Origin: Gemmatimonadales bacterium
Lineage (GTDB): Bacteria; Gemmatimonadota; Gemmatimonadetes; Gemmatimonadales; GWC2-71-9
DNA length: 64,000 nucleotides
Direction: 5' to 3'
Assembly (NCBI GenBank): GCA_041390205.1
Contig: JAWKQJ010000008.1
Location: 5,842 to 69,841, forward strand
Part shown: piece after piece, positions 17,342 through 29,931 of the stretch
Position numbering within the stretch: position 1 is the first letter of the stretch
Layout of the letters: every line of letters starts with the position of its first letter
The notes under the pieces: model-generated
Database searches by the model: none
Told to the model about the DNA's origin: nothing
Seen by the model: only the letters and a program-made list of their open reading frames with translations
Made by a program: the position numbers and the translations under genes

Positions 17342-17917
17342 TCAGCCCGCCTCGTCGTAGCTCGCCTCGAGCCAGGCCCGCACGTCGGCATCGACCTCCG
17401 CGGGCGAGCCGACCCTCACGGTGTAGCGGCACATGCTGTTGGGCGGCATCTCCTTGAGCCGGGGATGCGCGGGCAGGCTCTTCGCCCCGAAGCCGATCTC
17501 GACCGCCGTGTTGGTCTTCGGCCCCACCATCGCGAACTGCTTCTTCCGCCGGTAGCTGACGTAGCCCTTCTTGGGCGCGACCTCGAAGTCGCCGAGCTTG
17601 GCGAGCAGCTCGAGCACCCGGTCGTGCACCGGCCGGAGATCGGCCTTCTTGCCGGTGTAGATCTCGGCGAGCACGTCGCCCTCGGACATCCCACGGGCGG
17701 CCGCGGCCGACTCGCCGTCGCTCTTGAGCGCGAGGTGCACCGCGGCGTTCGCGGCGCCGTGGCCGAGGCCGTACCGCTCCATCAGCATCGCGCGGATCTC
17801 GCCGTGCTTGGCGAGCCCGCTCTTCCGGATGATCTGGGCGAGCTGATCCATCGTCTTGCCGGTCTTCGCCTCGATGTTCTTGATCATCGTCGCCAGCGTC
17901 TTCGCCGCGTCAGCCAT
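17342..17917 (-). CDS. DUF4287/DUF5655 domain-containing protein
   Basis: 191 aa with NIEAKTGKTMDQL..HGEIRAMLMERYGLGHGAANA, typical of DUF4287. Confidence 0.65.
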   Translation of the reverse strand: MADAAKTLATMIKNIEAKTGKTMDQLAQIIRKSGLAKHGEIRAMLMERYGLGHGAANAAVHLALKSDGESAAAARGMSEGDVLAEIYTGKKADLRPVHDRVLELLAKLGDFEVAPKKGYVSYRRKKQFAMVGPKTNTAVEIGFGAKSLPAHPRLKEMPPNSMCRYTVRVGSPAEVDADVRAWLEASYDEAG

Positions 17918-18443
17918 GGGTCGCCTCCTCGAGGGGCCAGTGCTCCGTTCGACTCTTGGATGGGGTCATCAGGGGTCCCACCAGATTGAAGAACCCGTAG
18001 AGGATCCTGGTCCCGAGCGGCGGTCGGCCCCGCTCCACGATCGCCTTCAGGGTCTTGACGATGAAGTCGCCGCCCCGGCGCATCGCGCTCTCGGTCTTGG
18101 TCCCCGACGGCACCCCTTCCGAGATCAGGGTGAACGACACGCCCCCGGGCACCTCCTCGAGCACGTAGGTCACCCGGCAGTAGGGATCGTCGTAGCCGGT
18201 GAACTTCATGGTGTGGGAGAATCGGTGCGGCGGATCCACCTCGAGGATCTCCCCGACCACCGAGGTGTATTTTCCGTCCGGCGTCCGCATCCGGATCGGC
18301 GAGCCGGCGCCGAGCGTGAGCCGGTGCATCCGGGCGCCGAACATCGCCAGCTGCGGCTCGTCGGTCTTGGTGATCTCACGCCACACGTCCTCGATTCGAC
18401 CCTCGATCAGGATCTTCGACACCAGTCGCACGCCTTCGGCCAT
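17910..18443 (-). CDS. SRPBCC (Aha1/START-like) domain protein
   Basis: 177 aa. Family-like segments are IEGRIEDVWREIT and VDPPHRFSHTM. This is the usual partner of an ArsR gene. Confidence 0.7.
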   Translation of the reverse strand: MAEGVRLVSKILIEGRIEDVWREITKTDEPQLAMFGARMHRLTLGAGSPIRMRTPDGKYTSVVGEILEVDPPHRFSHTMKFTGYDDPYCRVTYVLEEVPGGVSFTLISEGVPSGTKTESAMRRGGDFIVKTLKAIVERGRPPLGTRILYGFFNLVGPLMTPSKSRTEHWPLEEATHG

Positions 18444-18786
18444 GTTGCCCTCGCTTGCTGGTCCGTTCTTCCACCGCGTACTTCACGTCAGCCAACTTGC
18501 TCGCCCAGAAACCGCTGTATTCCGTCGTCCAGCGGTCGTAGATCAGCTGGATCGGCACCGGATTGTGATAGAGGCGCCGGGCCCGGCCATCCTTCTCGGA
18601 GAGGATCAGCTCGCAGTCCTCGAGCTGCCTCAAGTGGTGCATCACCGCGATCCTGGTGGTGTCGAAATGAGCCGCCAGCTCGCCCACCGTGCAGCCCGGC
18701 TCGGCCTTGACCAGGTCGAGGATCCGCCGCCGCGCGGGGTGGCCCAACGCGTCGAACACCGGCGCCATCACGTCGTCGGCCGTCAT
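18376..18786 (-). CDS. ArsR/SmtB family transcriptional regulator
   Basis: ATG at 18786. The segment FDALGHPARRRILDLV..CTVGELAAHF..TRIAVMHHLRQL is a winged HTH. The 3-prime 68 nt overlap the SRPBCC gene, so the tail may be out of frame. Confidence 0.8.
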   Translation of the reverse strand: MTADDVMAPVFDALGHPARRRILDLVKAEPGCTVGELAAHFDTTRIAVMHHLRQLEDCELILSEKDGRARRLYHNPVPIQLIYDRWTTEYSGFWASKLADVKYAVEERTSKRGQHGRRRATGVEDPDRGSNRGRVA

Positions 18787-19725
18787 CGCCTCGGCTCCAT
18801 GAGCCAGACGCCCTCGCGCGCGTCGCCCGAAAGGCCGGGGATCGAGCTGGAGCGACCGTCCGGCCACGTCGACCAGACCCAGGCGGTAGCTCCCGGCCTC
18901 CGGGACCTCCTCCGTAGAAGGCACAGCCAGCGATCGTCCGGCGACCACCGAGGCGTGTAGCGCCGTCCAGGCCCGGGGCGTGAGCACCCGACCCGCTCCG
19001 TCCCGTCGAGCGCGCTCACCACGATCCGGGATCCGGTAGAGTCCTCGGCGTGATAGGCGACCCGGCGGCCGTCGTTGGCGAGTCCCCGGGTACTCGTTCT
19101 CCGGGCGGTGACTCGGTGATCCGCCGCTCCTCGCCGTGGCGATCTCCACCGGGAAAGTCGAGCTGTCCCGCGACCGAGCGACTCAGAAACAGGTAGCGGC
19201 CGTCCGGCCGAGGTCGCCCGGCCCGAGCGACGAGGTGAGCGATGGTCGTGACGTCTGGCCGACGGCAGGTCGACGAGAGCTCGTAAAGGTGGCCGGAAAG
19301 GGCCCTCCTCACCGAGGGTGAAGCCGCAGGTGGACAGCAAGAAGGCGATCGATCTCCGTGCGGGAGACCGTGCCGGCAGCACGTCGTAGCCTGGATCGGC
19401 CGTGAGGTTCCGGCCGACACCAGTATCGAAATGGCCCGAACGTAAGATCTCGTAGTCGCCGCTCCGCCGACTCACGTAGGCGGAGCCGCTCCTCCCAGGG
19501 ATCGACGCTCAGGCTCAGCTCGGCGCCGAGTCGACCAGCAGGGCTCGACCGAGCCGGTGGCCCAGTCGAACAGGACCACCCGGGGGCGCCCCGGAGGTCC
19601 CGGCTGGTGAAGACGATCTTCGCCCGCTCGAGCGACCAGGCGGGGCCTGTCTCCGGGGCGCACGCCGACAGGGCGGGGCCGGAGGCGGTCAGGGCCAGGA
19701 GGACGGATCGGGAGAAGCGGCACAT
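18783..19725 (-). pseudogene. TolB-like/PD40 beta-propeller periplasmic protein, at least 3 frameshifts
   Basis: Signal peptide MCRFSRSVLLALTASGPALSAC, then fragments across three frames: KIVFTSRD, VVLFDWATGS, ANDGRRVAYHAEDSTGSRIV, TPRWSPDDRWL, YRLGLVDVAGRS. The stop overlaps the ArsR ATG (ATGA). Confidence 0.55.
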
Positions 19726-19748
19726 ATGTAAAACAAAACTTACATATT
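19722..19748. promoter_or_regulatory. AT-rich inverted repeat ATATGTAA-N8-TTACATAT overlapping the TolB-like start codon
   Basis: Perfect 8-bp arms (19724-19731 and 19740-19747) inside the most AT-rich 30 nt I noticed in the window. Confidence 0.3.
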
Positions 19749-19898
19749 TCTAGGAGCCTGGCAAGCCCGGAGGTCCCCCCCCCTCGCCAGCGGGCCCGAT
19801 CGGGTGAACGGGACGGAGGAATCAGAGCCGGTGCTGCACCCGCGCGGGCGGATCGCGGCCGATCCACAGCTCCCGTGCAAGCAGGAGCGGGCCCCGGA

Positions 19899-20708
19899 TC
19901 AGCGGCGAATGGCGCTGGCGGGCGCGAGCGCGAAGTCGCGGTTGGCTTCGTGGGCGGCGTCCTGGAGCAGCGACGCCACCGCCTGGGCGAGCGGTTGGGT
20001 CGAGGACCCGATCCGGATCTCGGCCGGGAGGCCGACGGCGGACTTGCCCGAGAGCTGCTCGTACATCACCAGCGCGGCGAGATAGGTGCCCAGCACCGAG
20101 GGATGGAAGCCGTCGGGTCCGTAGAGAGCCAGGTTGGGCGACTGCGCCCACGCCTTTCTCCAGGCCTCGCCCGCCGGGAAGAGCAGGCCGTCGACCTGTC
20201 GGGCCGCCGTGGCATACGAGTCGGACACGCCGTCGAAGTCGAAGGAACGGCTCGCGGCGGGCCAGACCATGTAGAGGGCCGGTCGGGCTCCGGTGGGCTC
20301 CATCAGGTCGGCGAACCGCTGGGAGTACTCGAGCAGGGAGGGCCGGCCCTCGGTGGCGGACGGCCCCTGCTGGAGCACGACCACGTCCCAACCGCCCCGT
20401 CGGATCCGCTCGCTCACGTCGCCAACGGCCCAGTGATCTTCGAGGCCGTAGTTCGGCAGCGCGACGCTCTCGACCACCACGGGGCCGATGTCGGCCCGCT
20501 CGAGGAGGCCCGCCAGCATGCCAGGCAAGTCGTTGGAGTAGGTGAGGCTGTTGCCGACGAAGAGGATCGCGAGGGCGTCGGGGTCGGGCGCCGCCGGTCC
20601 GGAGCAGGCTGGCGCCGGCAGGGAAACGCCGAGCAGACCGAGGAGCAACGCGCCGCGCGAGCGCGGACGCCACCCGAAACGAGCACGGGGTCTCGGAGGG
20701 ACGGCCAA
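19899..20708 (-). CDS. SGNH/GDSL hydrolase-type lipoprotein
   Basis: 269 aa. Signal plus Cys (LPAPAC), FVGNSLTYSNDLP block I, DVVVLQQG, and a late DGFHP block. Confidence 0.7.
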   Translation of the reverse strand: MAVPPRPRARFGWRPRSRGALLLGLLGVSLPAPACSGPAAPDPDALAILFVGNSLTYSNDLPGMLAGLLERADIGPVVVESVALPNYGLEDHWAVGDVSERIRRGGWDVVVLQQGPSATEGRPSLLEYSQRFADLMEPTGARPALYMVWPAASRSFDFDGVSDSYATAARQVDGLLFPAGEAWRKAWAQSPNLALYGPDGFHPSVLGTYLAALVMYEQLSGKSAVGLPAEIRIGSSTQPLAQAVASLLQDAAHEANRDFALAPASAIRR

Positions 20709-20777
20709 GGGATCCTCGAGGTGGGGGTCCCTTATCGCTACGGCTCGGTCTCGGCTCCCGGTTTCAGCACCCCGGGC

Positions 20778-23618
<2,841 letters not shown>

Positions 23619-23675
23619 AAGAGGCGGAAGCTTGCCGGGTCCACCCCGTGATGCAAGGGTCCGGCGTCACGACTC

Positions 23676-24506
23676 TTGCTCCCCTCCCTGGTGATTCGCT
23701 TCCTTCCTCCCATGCGCCGACTCCATACAGCGCGGACCGACCAGCCCGACCCCGCCAGCGTCCAGGGCTTCGACCCGCCAATCCTCGAGGGCGACGCCGT
23801 CGAGCCCTCCTCCGACGCCGGAAGCTCGCTCCGCCCATTCGGCCGGGAGATCCCGGACCAGGGGTCCGGGGCCGCCCCACCCGACTCGCCGAGCGGCGCC
23901 CCGCTCCTGGAACGGGCCCGCCGACTGGCCAACCAGGGGCGCCGGCTGGAGGCGATCCAGCTGCTCCGCCAGCACGCGGGCCCGGAGCGAGAGTCCCTGG
24001 CGGAGCGGTTGGAGCTGGCCCGATTGCTCGACGAGGCCGGCGAGGTCGAGGAGGCGGTGATTCAGCTGACCGCCGTGCTGCACGCCCATCCGACCTCGGC
24101 CGAGGGCCTCGTCGCCCGTGGCGCACTCTATGCAAAGACGGGGGAAGTCGGCCTGGCCGAGCAGGACCTGCTCGCCGCGGTCAAGTGCAGTCCAAAGCAT
24201 TGGCCTGCAAAGCGTTACCTGGGGACTCTCATGCTTCGCAAGGGGGCCACCAGGGAGGCGATAGCCTGGCTCGACGAGGCCGAGAGGCTGGCACCAGACG
24301 ATGGCGAGGTGAAACTCGCCTTGGGCGAAGCCCTGGTGGCGACCCGGGAGTACGACGCGGCGCTCGCCAAGCTGGAGGCGGCCGGCGGGCTTCTGGCAAA
24401 GGACCCCCGGCCCTGGACCACGATGGGACGAGTGCTGGACCGGTTGGGACGAACCGACGAGGCTCTTCGAATGCACCAGCGGGCCCGAGAGGCGCGGCAG
24501 TCGTGA
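23676..24506 (+). CDS. Tetratricopeptide repeat protein
   Basis: The C-terminal 200 aa are TPR-like helices ([23 protein letters not shown], ..[20 protein letters not shown]). The start is uncertain: TTG 23676, GTG 23691 or ATG 23712. Confidence 0.65.
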   Translation: MLPSLVIRFLPPMRRLHTARTDQPDPASVQGFDPPILEGDAVEPSSDAGSSLRPFGREIPDQGSGAAPPDSPSGAPLLERARRLANQGRRLEAIQLLRQHAGPERESLAERLELARLLDEAGEVEEAVIQLTAVLHAHPTSAEGLVARGALYAKTGEVGLAEQDLLAAVKCSPKHWPAKRYLGTLMLRKGATREAIAWLDEAERLAPDDGEVKLALGEALVATREYDAALAKLEAAGGLLAKDPRPWTTMGRVLDRLGRTDEALRMHQRAREARQS

Positions 24507-26062
24507 GGGTTGGGGCCTTCAATCGGCGGACCGCCGGGAGGCTGGTCCTGCTCGGTTGGGCGGTGACGCTCGCGTGGCTGGCCCGTCGCGAGCTGGGCAA
24601 GACCGAGGCGCAGACCATCCGGGAGGCGACCATCCGGCTGAGCCCGGATGCTCATTTCTACGCCGTGCTGGCCAAGGGGCACCAGGTCGGCTACGCGAGC
24701 GTGACCGTGGACACCGTGCCCGGCGGCTTCAGCGTGGCCGAAGTGATGGCGCTCGACGTGGCCGACCAGGATTCGATCCGGCGGGTCACCCGGCGGACGG
24801 AGCTCTTCCTGAGTCGCTCGCTTCGGCTTCGGGGCTTCACCCGGACGCTGACCGGCGGCGGGCTCTACGAAGAGCTGTCCGGCCGCTTCGACGGCGACAG
24901 CGTGCTCCATTTCCTCCAGCGGGACGCGCGCGACGGTGAGCCGACCGAGTGGTCGGTCCGGCCCGAAGGCGACGTGGTGCTCCCCCAGGTGCTGCCCTAC
25001 CGACTCGCGTTCAGCAAACGGCTCGAGATCGGACGCTCGGTCGAAGCCAACGTGCTCGATCTGAACACCGGCCTGATCGCGCCGATCGAGTTCCGCGCCA
25101 CGGCCGAGAGCACCTTCGTGGTGGCCGACAGCGCGGTGGAGCAGCGGCTCACCGGCAAGTGGATGCCGGTGACCTACGACACGGTAAAGGCCTGGCGGAT
25201 CGAGCACGACGCGGCGGGCACGCCGATGGTGAGTTGGGTCGACTCGCACGGCGGCCTGGTGCGCTCCGAGGCCGCGCTCGGCGTGCGGATCGAGCGCTCG
25301 GCTTTCGAGCTGGTGAGCTTCAACTACCGGGTGGCGACGGTCGCGCGGGGCACGGCGCACCATCGAGGCGTGCCGGGAATGCAGACCCTCGCGGCGAGCG
25401 GCATCGTTCCCCCGGCCGACACCGGCAGCCTGTCGTGGGCGGTCTCCAGCGCCCCGATCGAGCGCTTCCTGATGCCCAGAGTGGCCTGGCTCGACGGCGG
25501 CCGGCAGCGCGGTCGCGACGGCGAGCTGGAGGTCGGGTCGCACCGGCCCGGCGGCGCCGATCAGAAGAGCGACTATCTCGGCCCGCCACCGGAGGCCGCG
25601 CCGGCGGTGCTCGCGCTCGCCCGACAGATCGTCGGCAAGGCGACGGCGGAGCCAGCGCGGATCCGGGCGCTCGCGCGCTGGGTCGCGTCGTCGATCGCGC
25701 TGGACACCGCGGTGGCGGCGGCCAGCGACGTCGAGCGGACGCTCGAGACCCGGTCGGGCAGCCCCGAGGGGCACGCCCGGCTCTTCGTGGAGCTGGCGCG
25801 CGCGCTCGATCTGAGCGCGCGTCCCGTCGGCGGCGTGGCGGTGCTGCCGAGCGGCGTGTACGGACACGCCTGGGCCGAAGTGTGGCTGGACGGCGGCTGG
25901 CAGGCCGTCGATCCGAGCTACGGGCAGGTGCCGGCGTCGAGCCGGCTGATTCGAGTCACCGTTGGCGGCACCGGCCGGGCGATCGACCTGGTGCCTCTGA
26001 TCGGCTCGGCGACGTTCGCGTCCGTCGATCCCCCACTCCCCACCGTCGGCGCGCGGCAATGA
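24503..26062 (+). CDS. Transglutaminase-like domain membrane-anchored protein
   Basis: GTG start in a GTGA overlap with the TPR stop. N-terminal TM helix LVLLGWAVTLAWLA. The C-terminal core GSPEGHARLFVELARALDLSARPVGG..YGHAWAEVWLDGGWQAVDPS fits a transglutaminase core, except that the position normally holding the catalytic Cys reads G-S-P-E-G. Confidence 0.65.
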   Translation: MRVGAFNRRTAGRLVLLGWAVTLAWLARRELGKTEAQTIREATIRLSPDAHFYAVLAKGHQVGYASVTVDTVPGGFSVAEVMALDVADQDSIRRVTRRTELFLSRSLRLRGFTRTLTGGGLYEELSGRFDGDSVLHFLQRDARDGEPTEWSVRPEGDVVLPQVLPYRLAFSKRLEIGRSVEANVLDLNTGLIAPIEFRATAESTFVVADSAVEQRLTGKWMPVTYDTVKAWRIEHDAAGTPMVSWVDSHGGLVRSEAALGVRIERSAFELVSFNYRVATVARGTAHHRGVPGMQTLAASGIVPPADTGSLSWAVSSAPIERFLMPRVAWLDGGRQRGRDGELEVGSHRPGGADQKSDYLGPPPEAAPAVLALARQIVGKATAEPARIRALARWVASSIALDTAVAAASDVERTLETRSGSPEGHARLFVELARALDLSARPVGGVAVLPSGVYGHAWAEVWLDGGWQAVDPSYGQVPASSRLIRVTVGGTGRAIDLVPLIGSATFASVDPPLPTVGARQ

Positions 26063-26817
26063 TCCAGCTCAACGAGCTCACCAAACGGTACGGCAAGTTC
26101 ACCGCGGTGAACGGCATCTCCCTGGAGATCCCGACCGGCACGCTCTACGGCCTGCTCGGCCCGAACGGCGCGGGCAAGACCACGACCATGCGGATGATCG
26201 CCGGGATCCTCCGGCCGACCTCCGGGACGGTGACCGTGGCCGGGTACGACGTGGTCCGGCAACCGATGGAGGCGAAGCAGCGTCTCGGCTTCATCCCGGA
26301 CCGGCCCTTCGTCTACGACAAGCTGACCGGCGCGGAGTTCCTGCGCTTCGTGGCCGGCCTCTACGGCCAATCCGGCGCGGACGTGGAGCGGCGGATCGAC
26401 GAGCTGCTCGACCTCTTCGAGCTGGTCCCGTGGAAGAACGAGCTGACCGAGGCGTACTCGCACGGGATGCGGCAGAAGCTGATCATCTCGAGCGCGCTGG
26501 TGCACCGGCCCGAGGTGATCGTGGTGGACGAGCCGATGGTGGGGCTCGACCCGAAGAGCGCGCGGCTCCTCAAGGACATCTTCCGTCACTTCGTCGAGCG
26601 GGGCGGCACGGTGCTGATGAGCACCCACACCCTGGAGATCGCCGAGGTGATGTGCGACCGGATCGGGATCGTGTTCGGCGGGCAGGTGGTCGCGGCGGGC
26701 ACGATGGCGGAGATCCGGGCCCAGACCGAGTCGGGGGCGGCCACCCTCGAAGAGGTCTTCCTCAAGCTGACCGGCGGTCTCAACGCGCGTGAGCTCAGTG
26801 ACATCCTCGGCCGTTGA
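26059..26817 (+). CDS. ABC transporter ATP-binding protein
   Basis: Walker A GPNGAGKTT, signature YSHGMRQKL, Walker B VIVVDEP. ATGA overlap with the upstream stop. Confidence 0.9.
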   Translation: MIQLNELTKRYGKFTAVNGISLEIPTGTLYGLLGPNGAGKTTTMRMIAGILRPTSGTVTVAGYDVVRQPMEAKQRLGFIPDRPFVYDKLTGAEFLRFVAGLYGQSGADVERRIDELLDLFELVPWKNELTEAYSHGMRQKLIISSALVHRPEVIVVDEPMVGLDPKSARLLKDIFRHFVERGGTVLMSTHTLEIAEVMCDRIGIVFGGQVVAAGTMAEIRAQTESGAATLEEVFLKLTGGLNARELSDILGR

Positions 26818-28519
26818 GAGCTCGCCCCCCAGGGGCGCGGGCATCACCCGGATCCTCTTCCCGAAGTGGCGGAGCGTGCTCGCGCGCCTCGCCAAGGAGC
26901 GCTCGGGCGCGGGCACCCGAATCCTGCTCCTGGTCCTGATCGGCGGCGGCTTCTGGGCCGGGGCCTTCGGGGCGTTCTACCGGGTCCTCAAGTACCTCGG
27001 CACGACCCCCGAGATCGGGGCGCTCCTCGCCGGCAAGATCCTGAGCATGATCCTGCTCGCGTTCGGATCGATTCTGCTGCTCTCCAACCTGGTCACGGCG
27101 CTCTCGGTCTTCTTCCTCGCGAAAGACCTCGACATGCTGGTGTCCGCCCCGGTCGACTGGGGGCGGCTCTACGTCGCCAAGCTGGGCGAGACCCTGATCC
27201 ACTCGTCCTGGATGGTGGCGCTGATGCTGGTGCCCATCCTGACGGCGTACGGGGTGGTCTACGACGGGGGCCCGCTCGTCCCGGTCGCGGCGATCGGCGC
27301 GCTGCTGCCCTTCTTCGTCCTGCCGACGGTGGTGGGCTCCGCGATCACCCTGATCCTGGTGAACGTCTTCCCGGCCCGGCGCACCCGAGACCTGCTCAGC
27401 CTGATCGCGATCGGCGCCGTGGGCGGGGTGGTGATCTTCCTGCGGGTGCTCCGGCCGGAGCAGCTCTCCCGCCCCGAAGGCTTCCGCAACCTGGTGGACT
27501 TCGTGGCCGAGCTGCAGGCGCCGTCGCATCCGCTGATGCCGAGCGACTGGGCCGCCGACGCGGTGATGAACTGGCTCCAGCACGTGGGCGACCCCCTGCC
27601 CCTCCTGCTGCTCTGGTCGACCGCGGCCGCCTTCGTGGTGCTGGGGGCCGCGCTCCACAGCCGGCTCTATCCCAGCGGCTACTCGAAGGCGCAGGAGGGC
27701 GCCGACAAGTACGTGGCGGGCACCCGGTGGCAGGCGACCTTGAGCCGGGCGCTGGCCTTCCTGCCGGTGACCCGGCGGGAGTTCATCCTGAAGGACCTGC
27801 GGGTCTTCTTTCGCGACACGACCCAGTGGAGCCAGCTGATCCTGCTGGCGGTGCTGCTGATCGTCTACGTCTTCAACATCCGGGCGCTGCCGCTCTACAC
27901 CGGCGAGCGGGTGCCGTACATGCTGGTGACCCTGGTGGTCTTCCTGAACCAGGGGCTGGGCGGCTTCGTGCTCGCGGCGATCGCGGCGCGGTTCATCTTC
28001 CCGTCGGTATCGCTCGAGGGCCGGCAGCTCTGGCTGCTCAAGTCGAGCCCGCTCGACCTGCGCTCGATGCTGTGGAGCAAGTACTGGGTCGGGACGGCGC
28101 CGCTGTTGGTCGTGGCGCTCGGGATCACGCTGGTGACCAACAGCATCCTCCGGGCGTCGCCGTTCATGATGTTCCTGAGCCTGGTGACGATCGCCTGCTT
28201 CACCCTCGCGGCGGGATCGCTCGCGCTGAGCCTGGGCGTGCTCTATCCGCAGTTCGACACCGAGAACGCGGCCCAGATCCCGACCAGCTTCGGCGGGATG
28301 GTGTTCATGATGGCGTCGATCGCGCTGCTGGCCGCGATCATCGCGATCGAGGCACGCCCGGTGTCGGCGCACCTCGCGGCCTACCAGATGGGCGAGGAGG
28401 CGCCGGGATTCACCCGGGAGCTCTGGCTCGCGGTAGGCGGCGTGTTCCTGGTTTCCGCGGCGGTGACGCTGATCCCGCTCAGCCGGAGCCGCAAGCGACT
28501 CGAGGCGCTCGACCTCTGA
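26789..28519 (+). CDS. Polytopic membrane protein, putative ABC exporter permease
   Basis: 576 aa with about 12 hydrophobic segments. GTG start overlaps the ATPase gene by 29 nt. The family is not recognised precisely. Confidence 0.6.
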   Translation: MSSVTSSAVESSPPRGAGITRILFPKWRSVLARLAKERSGAGTRILLLVLIGGGFWAGAFGAFYRVLKYLGTTPEIGALLAGKILSMILLAFGSILLLSNLVTALSVFFLAKDLDMLVSAPVDWGRLYVAKLGETLIHSSWMVALMLVPILTAYGVVYDGGPLVPVAAIGALLPFFVLPTVVGSAITLILVNVFPARRTRDLLSLIAIGAVGGVVIFLRVLRPEQLSRPEGFRNLVDFVAELQAPSHPLMPSDWAADAVMNWLQHVGDPLPLLLLWSTAAAFVVLGAALHSRLYPSGYSKAQEGADKYVAGTRWQATLSRALAFLPVTRREFILKDLRVFFRDTTQWSQLILLAVLLIVYVFNIRALPLYTGERVPYMLVTLVVFLNQGLGGFVLAAIAARFIFPSVSLEGRQLWLLKSSPLDLRSMLWSKYWVGTAPLLVVALGITLVTNSILRASPFMMFLSLVTIACFTLAAGSLALSLGVLYPQFDTENAAQIPTSFGGMVFMMASIALLAAIIAIEARPVSAHLAAYQMGEEAPGFTRELWLAVGGVFLVSAAVTLIPLSRSRKRLEALDL

Positions 28520-28523
28520 CCCG

Positions 28524-28552
28524 GACGGGGCGGGGCCGCAGCGGGCCCCGTC
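28524..28552. terminator. Hairpin between convergent genes
   Basis: GACGGGGC-N13-GCCCCGTC, an 8-bp GC stem, located between the stops at 28519 and 28581. Confidence 0.4.
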
Positions 28553-28580
28553 TACCGCGACAGCGCCCGATCCGCGGGGG

Positions 28581-29756
28581 TCAGCCCAGCGCGGCTCGGA
28601 TGTCCGCCAGCACGTCCTCGACGTCCTCGATCCCGACCGAGCAGCGGATCAACCCCTCGGGAATCCCCATCGCCGCGCGCTCCTCGGCCGTGCACTCGAC
28701 GTGGCTCGTGGTGGCCGGCGGTCCCATCATGGTGCAAACGGCTCCCAGGCTCGCCGCGCGATGCGCGAAGCGAAGCTTGGGCAGGAAACGCTGGACTCCA
28801 CTCCACCCCTCGGCCAGCTCGAAGGCGAGCACCGCGCCGAACCCCTTCATCTGCGCCTTGGCGATGGCGTGGGCCGGATGTGAGGCGAGCCCGGGGTAGT
28901 TGACCGAGCGGATCCGGGCGTCCTCCTCGAGCGCGCGCGCGACGACGAGGCCATTCTCGTTCTGCGCCTTGACCCGAAGCGCGAGGGTCTTCATTCCGCG
29001 GATCAGCAGGTAGGCCGCCGCCGGGGCCAGGGCCGCACCGGTGATCTCCCGATAGTGGTGGATCTGCTCGATCAGGTCGCGCCGGCCGGCGACCACGCCA
29101 CCGAGCGCGTCTTCGTGCCCGCCGAGGAACTTGGTGGCGCTGTGCAGCACCAGATCGGCGCCGAGCTCGAGCGGCCGGGTGTTGATCGGCGTGGAGAAGG
29201 TGTTGTCCACCACGACCAGCGCGCCCTGGCGCTTGGCGGCCGCCGCGAGCCGCGCGATGTCCAGCACCTTGAGCGTCGGATTGGTGGGCGTCTCGAGATA
29301 GACCAGCCGGCACCCCTTGGCGATCTCCGCCTCGATGGCCGCGTGGTCTTCGGTGTCGACCAGCGTGGCCTCGATCCCGATCCGCGGCAGGAAGTGGAGG
29401 AAGAGCTGGTTGGTCCCGCCGTAGGAGTCCTTCACCGAGACGATCCGATCGCCGGGCCGGAGCAGCCCGAAGAGCACGCCGGAGACCGCCGCCATGCCGG
29501 AGGCGAACGCGGTGGCCGCGTCGGCGCCCTCGAGCAGGCGCACCTTCTCCTCGAAGACCGCGACCGTCGGATTGGAGTTGCGGCTGTAGATGTGCCCCGG
29601 CTCCCGCTTCAGGGCCACGTCGAGCCACGCGTCCACGTCGGGATGCCCGAAGGACGTGCTCTGCACCAGGGGCACCTGGGTCGCGGTGTTCCAGGTGGAG
29701 CGGTCGAGCTCGCCGCCCCAGACGGCGAGTGTGGCGGGGCGGGGCGTGGCGGTCAT
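28581..29756 (-). CDS. Cys/Met-metabolism PLP-dependent enzyme (cystathionine gamma-synthase/lyase family)
   Basis: 391 aa with YSRNSNPT, DNTFSTP and HSATKFLGGH (the PLP lysine). Confidence 0.85.
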   Translation of the reverse strand: MTATPRPATLAVWGGELDRSTWNTATQVPLVQSTSFGHPDVDAWLDVALKREPGHIYSRNSNPTVAVFEEKVRLLEGADAATAFASGMAAVSGVLFGLLRPGDRIVSVKDSYGGTNQLFLHFLPRIGIEATLVDTEDHAAIEAEIAKGCRLVYLETPTNPTLKVLDIARLAAAAKRQGALVVVDNTFSTPINTRPLELGADLVLHSATKFLGGHEDALGGVVAGRRDLIEQIHHYREITGAALAPAAAYLLIRGMKTLALRVKAQNENGLVVARALEEDARIRSVNYPGLASHPAHAIAKAQMKGFGAVLAFELAEGWSGVQRFLPKLRFAHRAASLGAVCTMMGPPATTSHVECTAEERAAMGIPEGLIRCSVGIEDVEDVLADIRAALG

Positions 29757-29931
29757 CGCGAACGGTCTCCAGGTCGAAGGGAGACGGAAGATACTCGGGG
29801 CCCGGTCGCGCGAAACGGCCCCAGCGACCGCGCGTTCCGGTTATTCGGGCGGCGGTGGATCTCCGCAGCGTGGTGGCGCTCCCGACGCGCGTCGCGTCGA
29901 AGCGTCACCGTCACCCTGAGGAGGTTCCTCC

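Noticed and set aside
18376-18443. The 68-nt overlap between the ArsR and SRPBCC genes as a programmed feature.
   Set aside because: The ArsR tail over this stretch (..RGQHGRRRATGVEDPDRGSNRGRVA) looks like out-of-frame read-through. Given the indel errors nearby, a missed stop or small frameshift is the simpler explanation.
29757-29931. SAM riboswitch or other leader upstream of the trans-sulfuration (metB-like) gene.
   Set aside because: I could not find the conserved SAM-I, SAM-II or SAM/SAH core sequences. I saw only a 6-bp hairpin (GTCTCC-N9-GGAGAC) overlapping the putative SD and a short GC hairpin, which is too weak to call.
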